Assembly: GCA_001829415.1 (NCBI GenBank)
Contig: MIBE01000070.1
Span: 45,041 to 109,040, forward strand
From: Spirochaetes bacterium GWF1_51_8
GTDB taxonomy: Bacteria > Spirochaetota > Brevinematia > Brevinematales > GWF1-51-8
Direction of reading: 5' to 3'
DNA: 64,000 nt
Of this stretch, positions 7,447-16,360 are shown one piece after another (position 1 is the first letter of the stretch; each line of letters starts with the position of its first letter). The position numbers and the translations under genes were made by a program. The notes beneath the pieces are model-generated. The model searched no databases, had not been told where the DNA came from, and was given only the letters and a program-made list of their open reading frames with translations.

Positions 7447-9279
7447 ATGCCCGGGCATAACGGTATAGAAGAGAACAAGGGCTATGTGACGCCCGCCGAA
7501 GTCTCCTCGATGCCCCCGGCATTCGGCGTGTACCTGATGAAGAATGCCTCCGGGCTGGTCATCTATGTCGGTAAGGCGATCAACCTGCGGAAACGTGTCA
7601 CGTCCTACTTCCAGAAAAACCATCCAGATATCAAAACCCGCGCGCTCGTGGAAAATATCGCACTGATCGACTATATCACGGTCGGAAGCGAAATGGAAGC
7701 ATTGATCCTCGAAGCGAACCTGATCAAAAAATACCATCCGAAATACAACGTCGACTATAAAGACAATAAGTTCTACCCGTTCATCACGGTCACGGTGCAG
7801 GAAGAATACCCCCGGATATTCCTGACGCGCGATCCGAGGAAGGACGGCTCGCTGATCTTCGGGCCGTACACGAGCGCGCAGATGGTGCGCCGTTATATCG
7901 ATATGGTACAGCGCCTCTTCAAGATACGTGTCTGCCGTGAATTGCCCAAGCACGAATGCCTTTATTATCATATTCACCGCTGCAGCGCGCCGTGCATCCA
8001 GAAGGTCACGAAGGACGAGTACCGCGCGCAGGCCGAACTCGCCACCCAGCTTCTTCGCGGGGAGATCGACGATCTCCTGACGCGGCTCGAGGCTGAAATG
8101 CGCGATGCGTCGAAGGAGCTCCTGTTCGAGAAGGCGCAGGCGGTAAAAGAGAAGATCGAAGCCGTCCGCTTCTTTGTCGAGGGACAGCATGTGCATCTCC
8201 AGTCGAGGATCGACGCGGACTTTATCGCGGCCGCATCCAAAATGGGTAAAATCCTCTATGTGGTCAACATCATCCGGCAGGGCAAGATGATCGGGAAACG
8301 GAGCTATACCGCCGCGCCGAGGATCGACGAGGACGAGGCTGAAATGCTCCAGCGCTTCGTGATCGAGTACTTCCGCCAGTCCGACGGCAAGGCCGAGGTG
8401 ATTGTAGTCGAGCCCGAGTACGCAAAAACGCTTGCCGCGCTGAACGGCTACTTTTCAGGGGCGGCTGAGGCAAAGGTCAGGGTGACCGTGCCGGTGGACG
8501 ACGACCAGCGGGCGCTTGTCAGGATAGCGCGCGAAAACGCCGAACTCCACCTCGCTCAAGTTCTCAGCAAGGTCGATCGTTCGGAAAGCCTCAAACTGCT
8601 CCAGGAGGCTCTGGGGACAGACCGTCTTCCGATGCGGATCGAGGGTTTCGATATCGCGAATATCCTCGGTCAGCAGGCGGTCGCGGCGATGGTCTCGTTC
8701 TATGGGGGAGACCCTGATAAGCCGAATTACCGCCATTTCAATATCCGCTCGAAAACCACGCCCGACGATTTTACGATGATGCGCGAAGCGGTCTACCGCC
8801 GTTACAAACGGCTCCGGGACGAGGGGCTGGATTTCCCCGACCTCATCCTGATCGACGGCGGCAAGGGACAGCTTCATGCCGCGCTCGACGCGGTGTCCGA
8901 ACTCGGTGTGAAGGTGAATGTCGCTTCGCTCGCGAAACGGAACGAGGAGATTTATCTCCCCGGCGCCGATCTGCCGCTCGTACTGGAAAAGAACTCTCCC
9001 GCCCTTCACGTTCTCCAGCGTGTGCGCGACGAGTCCCACCGTTTCTCGAACAAGTGCTATAACAAGCTGAAACGGCGATCCGCGCTCGAGTCCGTATTCG
9101 ACGACATCGACGGGATAGGCGGGAAACGGAAGAGTGTGATCGTGAAGAAATTTCTCCGGCGCGAGGTGATAGAAAACCTGACATTGAACGACCTCACCGA
9201 AGAAGGCATCCCTACCGGCATCGCGGAAAAAGTTTACAATTCGTTGAAAGCATTATATAATAAGTCTTCAAACGATTAG
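7447..9279 (+). CDS. uvrC: Excinuclease ABC subunit C
   Basis: GIY-YIG motif 'GVYLMKNASGLVIYVGKAINLRKRVTSYF', UVR domain and C-terminal RNase H-like/HhH region. The start is placed at the first ATG after the CDF stop and is uncertain by a few codons. Confidence 0.9.
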   Translation: MPGHNGIEENKGYVTPAEVSSMPPAFGVYLMKNASGLVIYVGKAINLRKRVTSYFQKNHPDIKTRALVENIALIDYITVGSEMEALILEANLIKKYHPKYNVDYKDNKFYPFITVTVQEEYPRIFLTRDPRKDGSLIFGPYTSAQMVRRYIDMVQRLFKIRVCRELPKHECLYYHIHRCSAPCIQKVTKDEYRAQAELATQLLRGEIDDLLTRLEAEMRDASKELLFEKAQAVKEKIEAVRFFVEGQHVHLQSRIDADFIAAASKMGKILYVVNIIRQGKMIGKRSYTAAPRIDEDEAEMLQRFVIEYFRQSDGKAEVIVVEPEYAKTLAALNGYFSGAAEAKVRVTVPVDDDQRALVRIARENAELHLAQVLSKVDRSESLKLLQEALGTDRLPMRIEGFDIANILGQQAVAAMVSFYGGDPDKPNYRHFNIRSKTTPDDFTMMREAVYRRYKRLRDEGLDFPDLILIDGGKGQLHAALDAVSELGVKVNVASLAKRNEEIYLPGADLPLVLEKNSPALHVLQRVRDESHRFSNKCYNKLKRRSALESVFDDIDGIGGKRKSVIVKKFLRREVIENLTLNDLTEEGIPTGIAEKVYNSLKALYNKSSND

Positions 9280-9337
9280 CAGAAGGTTCATTCTTTCTTT
9301 TTTTATTCTCAGGGGGGCAAATTATGGCAGGTAAAAA

Positions 9338-10162
9338 ATGAATATTTTGCTTTACACCCCGTCCATCTACGTCAGAAAAACATTTATCAACGCGCTCATT
9401 CCGATAGGGATTTCTGTATTCCATCTCGATCATTTGGCTATGTTGTTCGATACGATCCGGAAAAACCAGATAGAAGTCGTTATCTTCGATGTCATCCAGG
9501 AAAACTACTCTGATATTTTTCCCGAACTGATCAAGATCAAACAAGGCACGGAACCCGGATTGCCGGAGAAGATCGCGCTCTTAATGCTGATCGGATCCGT
9601 CGATAAAACCCAGATATCCCGGGCGCTCCAGTTGGGAGTGATCGGGTTTATCAAGAGCAACGCGTCCGAGGAAACCATCTCGAAGTACATCCCGGAGATT
9701 TACCAGAAGATCAAGGGAATTCCGCCCGCCCGAAAGTTTGTCCGGGTATCGCTGAATACATTGATGGAATCGGAAAGGATCGGTGTGAAGTTCCGTTCGG
9801 CGGTCAACCTTCAGTTGATCCTCGGGGTTATCAAGGATATCAGCGCGGGCGGTATCGCAGTCGAGCTGGTCGGGACGTTCGACCCGGCGGCTATCGAAAA
9901 CGGGATGGAAGTCAAAAATATGCAGTTCATGCTCGATCAGAAGGATGTTCTGGTGAACGCCCAGGTCGTAGCGTACCAGAAGCGTTTCTGCGCGTTCCGG
10001 TTTACCCATCTCTCCCAACAGGACAGGGAAGCGATTAGTCAATTCATTTTTGAAAAAATCTCGCGTACGCCCGAAGCCGTGGAAAAGCCTGTCGAACTTC
10101 CAACCCCCACGCCTTCACCCGCGCCCGCTCCGTCTCCTGAAACTCCGCCTACCGGGGAATAA
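9338..10162 (+). CDS. PilZ-domain protein with a degenerate receiver-like N-terminus and Pro-rich tail
   Basis: PilZ motifs 'RKFVR' (RxxxR) and 'DISAGG' (D/NxSxxG). Tail 'PTPTPSPAPAPSPETPPTGE'. Confidence 0.75.
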   Translation: MNILLYTPSIYVRKTFINALIPIGISVFHLDHLAMLFDTIRKNQIEVVIFDVIQENYSDIFPELIKIKQGTEPGLPEKIALLMLIGSVDKTQISRALQLGVIGFIKSNASEETISKYIPEIYQKIKGIPPARKFVRVSLNTLMESERIGVKFRSAVNLQLILGVIKDISAGGIAVELVGTFDPAAIENGMEVKNMQFMLDQKDVLVNAQVVAYQKRFCAFRFTHLSQQDREAISQFIFEKISRTPEAVEKPVELPTPTPSPAPAPSPETPPTGE

Positions 10163-10165
10163 GCC

Positions 10166-11059
10166 ATGGCTTCTAAAAGAGAAGGCTTGGATTTCCCCAA
10201 GCGCATCCAAAAGGTATCCCCCGGTCTCCTGAAGGACCTGATAGAAATTGCCGTGAGGGAAGACCTCGACGGTATCGGCGACATCACCACGCAGGCGCTT
10301 TTTAAAAATATCTCCGAGGATACCCGTTCCGCGAGAGTGACCGCAAAAGAACGCGGCGTAGTCTGCGGTATCGATGTCGCTCTTGCGGTCTATTCGATTG
10401 TCTCGAATCAATCCGGGGTGGAGATCATGCCGAGGAAGCTGGACGGCGAAATAGCCGAAAAAGGCGAAACTATCCTGACATTGAAGGGACGGCCTTCGGG
10501 GATCACCACCGGCGAACGGATCGCCCTCAACTTCATGGGGATCCTTTCCGGGGTCGCCACGAAAACCCGCCGTTATGCCGATCTCATCTCAGGTTCTTCC
10601 ACCCGTCTTTTAGATACGCGCAAGACTCTTCCCGGGATGCGCGAATTGCAGAAGTACGCGGTCGCGACGGGCGGCGGCTACAATCACCGGATGGGGTTGT
10701 ACGATATGATCCTGATCAAGGACAATCATATCTCCGCGGTCAGGTCGCTGACAAAAGCGGTAGAGCTCGCGAAGGCGGCCTATCCGTTCGTGCCGATAGA
10801 GGTCGAGACTACGACGATCGAACAGGTCGCCGAGGCGGTGGAGACTGAAGCGGATATCCTGATGCTCGATAATATGAACAACGACCTTGTCCGCGAAGCC
10901 CTTCGGATTATCGGCGGATCGAAGTATATCGAGGTTTCCGGGAATGTGGACGAGAAACGGCTTGTGGAACTTGCCGGGATCGGGGCGGATTTCGTTTCGA
11001 TGGGCGAACTGACCCATACGGTCAAGCCGCTGGATTTGTCGCTGCTGTTCGACGAATAG
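10166..11059 (+). CDS. nadC: Nicotinate-nucleotide pyrophosphorylase (quinolinate phosphoribosyltransferase)
   Basis: 'LDTRKTLPGMRELQKYAVATGGGYNHRMGLYDMILIKDNHI' is the NadC core. Confidence 0.9.
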   Translation: MASKREGLDFPKRIQKVSPGLLKDLIEIAVREDLDGIGDITTQALFKNISEDTRSARVTAKERGVVCGIDVALAVYSIVSNQSGVEIMPRKLDGEIAEKGETILTLKGRPSGITTGERIALNFMGILSGVATKTRRYADLISGSSTRLLDTRKTLPGMRELQKYAVATGGGYNHRMGLYDMILIKDNHISAVRSLTKAVELAKAAYPFVPIEVETTTIEQVAEAVETEADILMLDNMNNDLVREALRIIGGSKYIEVSGNVDEKRLVELAGIGADFVSMGELTHTVKPLDLSLLFDE

Positions 11060-11084
11060 AAGAAAGGTTCATCGCAGATAAACG

Positions 11085-11272
11085 AAGGGGTTGTCCCAAA
11101 AGTACGGAAAAAGTAGAAAAGTCTGTCACTGCGAGGAACGAAGTAATGAAGCAGTCTATGTAACTGTTTATCAGTTAATAATATAGATTGCTTCGGCTAT
11201 GGTTCGGCAAGCTCACCATGACGCCTCGCAATGACAAATATTCTCTATAGTACCCTTTTGGGACAGCCCCTT
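11085..11272. repeat. Composite palindromic element, family R1, copy 1 (fills the nadC / rod-binding convergent spacer)
   Basis: Outer IR: aaggggttgtcccaaaagtac (11085-11105) with gtacccttttgggacagcccctt (11250-11272). Inner IRs: gtcactgcgagg/cctcgcaatgac, and gaagcagtctat (11148-11159) with atagattgcttc (11183-11194). Confidence 0.85.
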
Positions 11273-11279
11273 ACTTATT

Positions 11280-11624
11280 TCATAGGAGGTTATCGGAGTT
11301 TTGGGTGCGCTTGAGGTAATCGTAGATGAATTTCCCGATCCCGAGCGATCCGTCGTAGGCGGTCTGACGGGCATACTCGGTGTAGAGCATGTCCTCGAAA
11401 ATTTCCTGCTTGAGTCCGCCGTCGAGCCATTCGTCCTTGGGGACGGTGCTCCGCATCGATTTATACATTTCCTGAATGAAGAGCGCGGAGAATTCGTCGG
11501 AAACCTCGTGCAGTTGTTTGTCTTCCATTGAAGCGTACTTTGTTTCTTTCATCGCGGTCGCCTTCGAAAGGTTGAGCTTTTCCTGAGCGGAATAAAGGTA
11601 TTCGCTGCCGAGTTTGATATCCAT
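11280..11624 (-). CDS. Flagellar rod-binding (FlgJ N-terminal-like) protein
   Basis: 114 aa. 'FSALFIQEMYKSMRSTVPKDEWLDGGLKQEIFEDMLYTEYA' matches the Rod_binding domain. Confidence 0.75.
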   Translation of the reverse strand: MDIKLGSEYLYSAQEKLNLSKATAMKETKYASMEDKQLHEVSDEFSALFIQEMYKSMRSTVPKDEWLDGGLKQEIFEDMLYTEYARQTAYDGSLGIGKFIYDYLKRTQNSDNLL

Positions 11625-11683
11625 GTTTCCTCCGGGTGTCTATCCGAAATATCGGAAGAATCCGGAAAACGATAAGCGGATAC

Positions 11684-14455
11684 CTAAAGATTGAAGAGTA
11701 TTTTCACAGTCGTGCCCCTGCCGATCCGGCTGTCGATCTCGATAGACGCCTCGAGCATTTTCACGAGCTGGTAGACGATATAGAGCCCGAGTCCGGTCGC
11801 CTGCTGGGGGTCTTTGGTAGTGAAAAACGGGTCGAAGATGCGCGGCTTGTTCTCGTCGGGAATCCCGCACCCGTCGTCGCTGATATCGATCCTGACATGG
11901 CCGCTGTCGGGTCGGAATACTTTTATCTGGATCGCCCCTTTCTCGTCCACTGCGTCGACACTGTTTTTTATCAGGTTATAGATGATTTCTTCGATAGTCA
12001 CTTCGTCCGTCACGAGGATACCCGCGAGAGGATCGACATCGATCTTCAGGGAGATTGACGGTGATTTCTTCCGCGTCATGCTGCCGAAGACGGGATCGAG
12101 GGTTTTGAAGAAGTCCCTGAGGTCGATAGGTTTCTTGGTGATCTTCTCGTGGCGGGCGAAAATATGCATCCTATTGGTGATTTTTATTCCGCGGTCTACG
12201 GCCTGCGCGATATTCTCGAGGTCGTTCTTCGCCCGCATGTTTTCAGTATCGTCCATGCTGTAAAGGATCAGTTCGTAATACCCTTTGATGATCGCGAAGA
12301 TATTGTTGTACTCATGCGAGATACCCGCCACCAGATTTCTCATCGTGTCCATCTTCTGCTGCTGGATCAGCAATGCGGTCATCTTATCCTTCTGCTGTTC
12401 CATCTCGATCTGCGCGTTAATATCCATGATATGCGAGAGGACGGCGGGCTTCTGGTTGTACTCGACAATCGACTCGTAGACCGAGAACCAGCACGGCTTC
12501 CGGTCTTTCCTGACACCCTTATAGGAATACTGGATGCCGGTGTTTTCGTCTATCCTCCGGGCGGTATTGGGATCGGGATGCACTTTGATAGTGGAATCCT
12601 CCGCGGCTAAGACCGCCGGGTCGAGACCGTTGTCGATATCTTCCTGGGTGTATCCGGTGATATCCATGAACTTCCGGTTCGCGTAGACGATCCGGTTTTC
12701 CTGCATCAGATAAATACCGGTGAGAGCGTGCTCGATAACCGCGCGATAGGTCGTCTCTGAGTTTTGGAGCTGACGGAAAAGCATTTCGGTCTCGATAAAT
12801 TGGGCGAGGGCGGATGCGATGTTGTTCAGGGTAAATTCAGTCAGCGCGGTATTCATCGCTAACGGGATACCGATACCGATAAACCCGTAATTTTGCTTGG
12901 ATGTGGTGATCCTGAAAAAGAGATTGCATTGATCCTTATCGCAGTTTCTATCGATAGCCTCGTTTGAATCGAAGTAGAACTTTTTCGAAACGTCGCCCTG
13001 CCCGGAAGGAAGCCTGCCGTACTTATAGTAGCCCTCGAAGCCGCGCAGGTAGACATACAGCCAGACCGCTGAGAAGTAACGTTCGATCAGCCTGCCGATC
13101 AGGTCGATGGAGTTCTGGCGGAAATCCTCGCGGATCAGGAGCTTGAAGATCGAATTGAGAAATTCGGTCGAATGGATCCCCTGAAGGATGCCCATGATGT
13201 TTTTGATAACCATGATATAGAGCGGTTTGTCGTCCTGGATATGGAGCGAGATACTGATGTTCGCGGGAAAGAGCGAACTGTCCTTTCGGCGGCAGTCGCT
13301 ATTAAATCCGTGACTGATTTCGGCGGATACGGCGCTCAGTTCCGCATCCAGCACTTCATGTTCGGCGAAAAGCGTTTTCGGGGTGATGGCGTTCAGTTCC
13401 TCAGACGTGTATCCGAACTCAATCAGCGTCTCATGGTTGTAATGGATGAGCCGGTCGCCGGAAAAGACTACTAACGGAACCCCTACGGCGTCGAAGATTT
13501 TCCGGTTGTAGCTGTTCAGGGAATTGAGCTGACGGTTTTTCTGAGTCTGAAAAAACAAATAAATTAGCGCAAATAGTATAACAAGGGAAAATGCTGATGT
13601 TGCTATCACCGATGCGGAAAGGTTATGAAGATAGAGTTTACTTAATTGGGATGCGGTTAAGGAAGCATCGAAAAGGGTCGTGATATACTGATTTTGGGTA
13701 TTAAAGAAAAGCCAACCCAAAACAAAAGAACCCACAAGGCAGAGGATACCCAGATTAATAAGTATTATCTGCCGACGCTCGAAGATATCTTTGTCGTTGA
13801 TGAAGAAAAGAATAAACGATGAATAAAACATACCAAGATGAAGATTAAAGAGAAAAAAGTGAAAGTCGGATTTTTCGACTAAGGTGAGGTAATAAGTATA
13901 AAAAATCGCACTGAATAACAAGCAAAAGATGATGATATAAGCGATACGTGTAATTTTTAATCTATATTTCATATAAGAGAATAATGAAACAAGTGTTCCC
14001 GCGAAAATCACCGCGATAAAAATAACATATATAAAATAAAGAATTCTAATCTGAAAAATTGCGCTCGTAATCGCAGATAATAAAGCCGCGATATAGACAA
14101 AATAGATTGCGTTACCTTTTAGAACGGTTTTTTTTATCATTCGAGAGACAAAAAACATACTCACGAGAAATGTTGAAGTAAACATCAGGTTTAAAGAAGG
14201 AATTTGATATCGAAACTCGATATAATATAAGACCTGAGCTACTGCAAATAAGAGTGAAGTAATGAAAAAATTATGAAGAAGCTTTTTTTTAGGAAAAACT
14301 TTCACTAAGAAAAAAACCACTATGCTGAGAAAAATACATAACACTACCGAAGCAAATACCGTATAATCGGCGAGAGGGGAATGGACACCCGCAGGTTGAA
14401 GAAACTCGGTGTTATAGAGTAGTTTGCTTAGGGAATTTGTCATATCGTATCGCAT
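11684..14455 (-). CDS. Sensor histidine kinase: polytopic membrane module, PAS regions, HisKA and HATPase
   Basis: 923 aa. H-box 'GISHEYNNIF', N-box 'IYNLIKNSVDAV', G-boxes 'DDGCGIP' and 'GLGLYIV'. The N-terminal ~300 aa are multi-TM. Confidence 0.9.
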   Translation of the reverse strand: MRYDMTNSLSKLLYNTEFLQPAGVHSPLADYTVFASVVLCIFLSIVVFFLVKVFPKKKLLHNFFITSLLFAVAQVLYYIEFRYQIPSLNLMFTSTFLVSMFFVSRMIKKTVLKGNAIYFVYIAALLSAITSAIFQIRILYFIYVIFIAVIFAGTLVSLFSYMKYRLKITRIAYIIIFCLLFSAIFYTYYLTLVEKSDFHFFLFNLHLGMFYSSFILFFINDKDIFERRQIILINLGILCLVGSFVLGWLFFNTQNQYITTLFDASLTASQLSKLYLHNLSASVIATSAFSLVILFALIYLFFQTQKNRQLNSLNSYNRKIFDAVGVPLVVFSGDRLIHYNHETLIEFGYTSEELNAITPKTLFAEHEVLDAELSAVSAEISHGFNSDCRRKDSSLFPANISISLHIQDDKPLYIMVIKNIMGILQGIHSTEFLNSIFKLLIREDFRQNSIDLIGRLIERYFSAVWLYVYLRGFEGYYKYGRLPSGQGDVSKKFYFDSNEAIDRNCDKDQCNLFFRITTSKQNYGFIGIGIPLAMNTALTEFTLNNIASALAQFIETEMLFRQLQNSETTYRAVIEHALTGIYLMQENRIVYANRKFMDITGYTQEDIDNGLDPAVLAAEDSTIKVHPDPNTARRIDENTGIQYSYKGVRKDRKPCWFSVYESIVEYNQKPAVLSHIMDINAQIEMEQQKDKMTALLIQQQKMDTMRNLVAGISHEYNNIFAIIKGYYELILYSMDDTENMRAKNDLENIAQAVDRGIKITNRMHIFARHEKITKKPIDLRDFFKTLDPVFGSMTRKKSPSISLKIDVDPLAGILVTDEVTIEEIIYNLIKNSVDAVDEKGAIQIKVFRPDSGHVRIDISDDGCGIPDENKPRIFDPFFTTKDPQQATGLGLYIVYQLVKMLEASIEIDSRIGRGTTVKILFNL

Positions 14456-14473
14456 CCCTCTCTGTACACTCTT

Positions 14474-14502
14474 ATTCTATCGGAATGAGGTGTTTTGGTC
14501 AA
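14474..14502 (-). promoter_or_regulatory. sigma70-type promoter of the histidine kinase gene
   Basis: On the minus strand: TTGACC (14502-14497), 17 nt, TAGAAT (14479-14474). Confidence 0.55.
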
Positions 14503-14519
14503 ACAATCGGCGTTTTTTC

Positions 14520-14548
14520 TTGACGGCGGGGAATATACCCACTAAATT
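14520..14548 (+). promoter_or_regulatory. sigma70-type promoter of hydE
   Basis: TTGACG (14520-14525), 17 nt, TAAATT (14543-14548). A GGAG RBS lies 5 nt before the ATG at 14566. Confidence 0.55.
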
Positions 14549-14565
14549 AATAGGCTGGAGTTTAC

Positions 14566-15648
14566 ATGGACTGGAAAAACCTTACCTTTAACGATCTTCC
14601 CCGGATACTGCGCTCTGACGATGACGAAACGCTCCGTTCACTCCTGGACCATGCTTATAGTGTCAAGATGGAGACGGTGGGGAAAAACGTCTATTTCCGG
14701 GGGCTGATCGAGTATAGCAACCTCTGCGCGAAAAACTGTTATTACTGCGGGATACGCCGCGGAAACCGTCACGCCCGCCGTTACACAATGACGCGCGAGG
14801 AGACGGTGGACGCCGGATTATTCGCGTTCAAGCAGAACATGGGCTCGATCGTGCTTCAGTCCGGCGAACGTTGCGACCGGGAGTTTACCGAGACAATCGA
14901 GGGGATCATCGCCGAACTTAAGGAGCGGACGGGCGGCAAGCTCGGGATCACGCTATCGCTGGGCGAACAGACCCGTGAAACCTACCGAAGGTGGTACGGC
15001 GCCGGGGCGCACCGTTACCTTCTCAGGATCGAGGCGTCCAACCCCGAGCTATATAGGAAACTCCATCCGGCGGGGCACGATTTCGATCTGCGGCGGAACT
15101 GCCTGATCGGCCTCAAGGAAATCGGTTACCAGACCGGGACGGGTGTGATGATCGGATTGCCGTTCCAGACCGGGGACGATCTCGTCTCCGACCTGGAGTT
15201 TTTCCGTGAGATGGATATCGATATGATCGGGATGGGGCCGTATATTGTCCACAACGAGACACCGCTTGCGGCGCACGCGCCGGATTCCCCGGAACTCAGG
15301 CGGAAGCATTACCATGATACGCTGAAGATGATCGCGTTCGCGAGGATCCTGCTCCGCGACGTAAATATCGCGGCGACCACGGCGATGCAGGTGCTCGACC
15401 CGTTCGGACGGGAACGCGCGTTGAAGGCCGGGGCGAATATCATCATGCCGAATATCACCCCGATGAAGTACCGTTCGGACTACGCGCTCTACGAGGGGAA
15501 GCCGTGCGTGGACGAGGAGCCCGATCAATGCTTAGGCTGTCTCACCGCGAGGATCAGGATGATCGGCGAGGAACCGGGCTTGGGGCAATGGGGCGATTCG
15601 CTCCATTTCAGGAAGAACGCGGATTCCCCGATTGAGACAGAAGGGTGA
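14566..15648 (+). CDS. hydE: [FeFe]-hydrogenase H-cluster radical SAM maturase HydE
   Basis: 'CAKNCYYCGIRRGN' CX3CX2C motif. 'SLGEQTRETYRRWYGAGAHRYLLRIEASNPELYRKLHP' and 'GTGVMIGLPFQTGDDLVSDLEFFREMDIDMIGMGPYI' closely follow the HydE family pattern as I recall it from Thermotoga HydE. Confidence 0.85.
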   Translation: MDWKNLTFNDLPRILRSDDDETLRSLLDHAYSVKMETVGKNVYFRGLIEYSNLCAKNCYYCGIRRGNRHARRYTMTREETVDAGLFAFKQNMGSIVLQSGERCDREFTETIEGIIAELKERTGGKLGITLSLGEQTRETYRRWYGAGAHRYLLRIEASNPELYRKLHPAGHDFDLRRNCLIGLKEIGYQTGTGVMIGLPFQTGDDLVSDLEFFREMDIDMIGMGPYIVHNETPLAAHAPDSPELRRKHYHDTLKMIAFARILLRDVNIAATTAMQVLDPFGRERALKAGANIIMPNITPMKYRSDYALYEGKPCVDEEPDQCLGCLTARIRMIGEEPGLGQWGDSLHFRKNADSPIETEG

Positions 15649-16360
15649 GGGACTTGAGTTCTCGACGGTAATGGCTCCTGAAAATCCTGCCGAACAAGTC
15701 GATCAGTTCGTTACGCACAGAAACGGAAATCTCCCTGCCGTCCCAGAAACTCATCCCGTCCGCGTTTTCGCAGTCGTAGATAAACCTGAGAGTGCCGTTA
15801 CCCAAACGGTGCTTTTCCGATGTCAATTCGCTCAGCTCTCCGGTGAAATTGCCCGAGTAATAGGGAAAAATTCCTTCCGCTATCAGCGCGGTCACGATGA
15901 AATAGAACGCGTACTTCTCGAAACGGGTATCTGCCGCGAGGCGTTTCATGAGTTCCGGAAGGAGCGGGTAGAGGGCGAACGGACTGTCGCCGGAGAGGGC
16001 GGTATCGAGGATTTCGAAAACGAGATAGAGATACGCGAGCCGTTTGAGCTCGCCGCGGATACCGTCGAAACTGTCGCATAACGATATCTCGCGTACCGAG
16101 GGGAGCTGGTTTTCCTGTGGGATTTTCGGACGTACCGCGATCCCGTTCACGAGGTTGCCGGCGAGCACGGCGCTTTTACGCCTGCTGTTCTGGCGCGAGG
16201 AGCCGAATACCGATAGCCGGATTTTACCGTGGTTCTCGTCGATCAATGTGAGGATGCGGTTGCCGTCGCCGAATGGGTCGGTCTTGAGGATGATACCCTG
16301 AAAACGGATCAGGCGCGACGAATGAAATTCTTCGTTGGTTTCGCTATTCCTTGGGTTCAT
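15608..16360 (-). CDS. recO: DNA repair protein RecO
   Basis: Start is set at the internal ATG ('MNPRNSETNEEFHSSRLIRFQGIILKTDPFGDGNRILTLIDENHGKIRLSVFG'), giving a RecO-type N-terminal OB-fold. Overlaps the upstream gene by 17 nt and the hydE 3' end by 41 nt (convergent). Confidence 0.8.
   Translation of the reverse strand: MNPRNSETNEEFHSSRLIRFQGIILKTDPFGDGNRILTLIDENHGKIRLSVFGSSRQNSRRKSAVLAGNLVNGIAVRPKIPQENQLPSVREISLCDSFDGIRGELKRLAYLYLVFEILDTALSGDSPFALYPLLPELMKRLAADTRFEKYAFYFIVTALIAEGIFPYYSGNFTGELSELTSEKHRLGNGTLRFIYDCENADGMSFWDGREISVSVRNELIDLFGRIFRSHYRRELKSLTLLSQSGNPRSS

Noticed and set aside
11625-11683. sigma28-like '-10' ('ttccgatat') upstream of the rod-binding gene
   Set aside because: It matches only 5-6 of 8 positions with no acceptable -35 at the right spacing. 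The gene may simply be co-transcribed with the histidine kinase gene.
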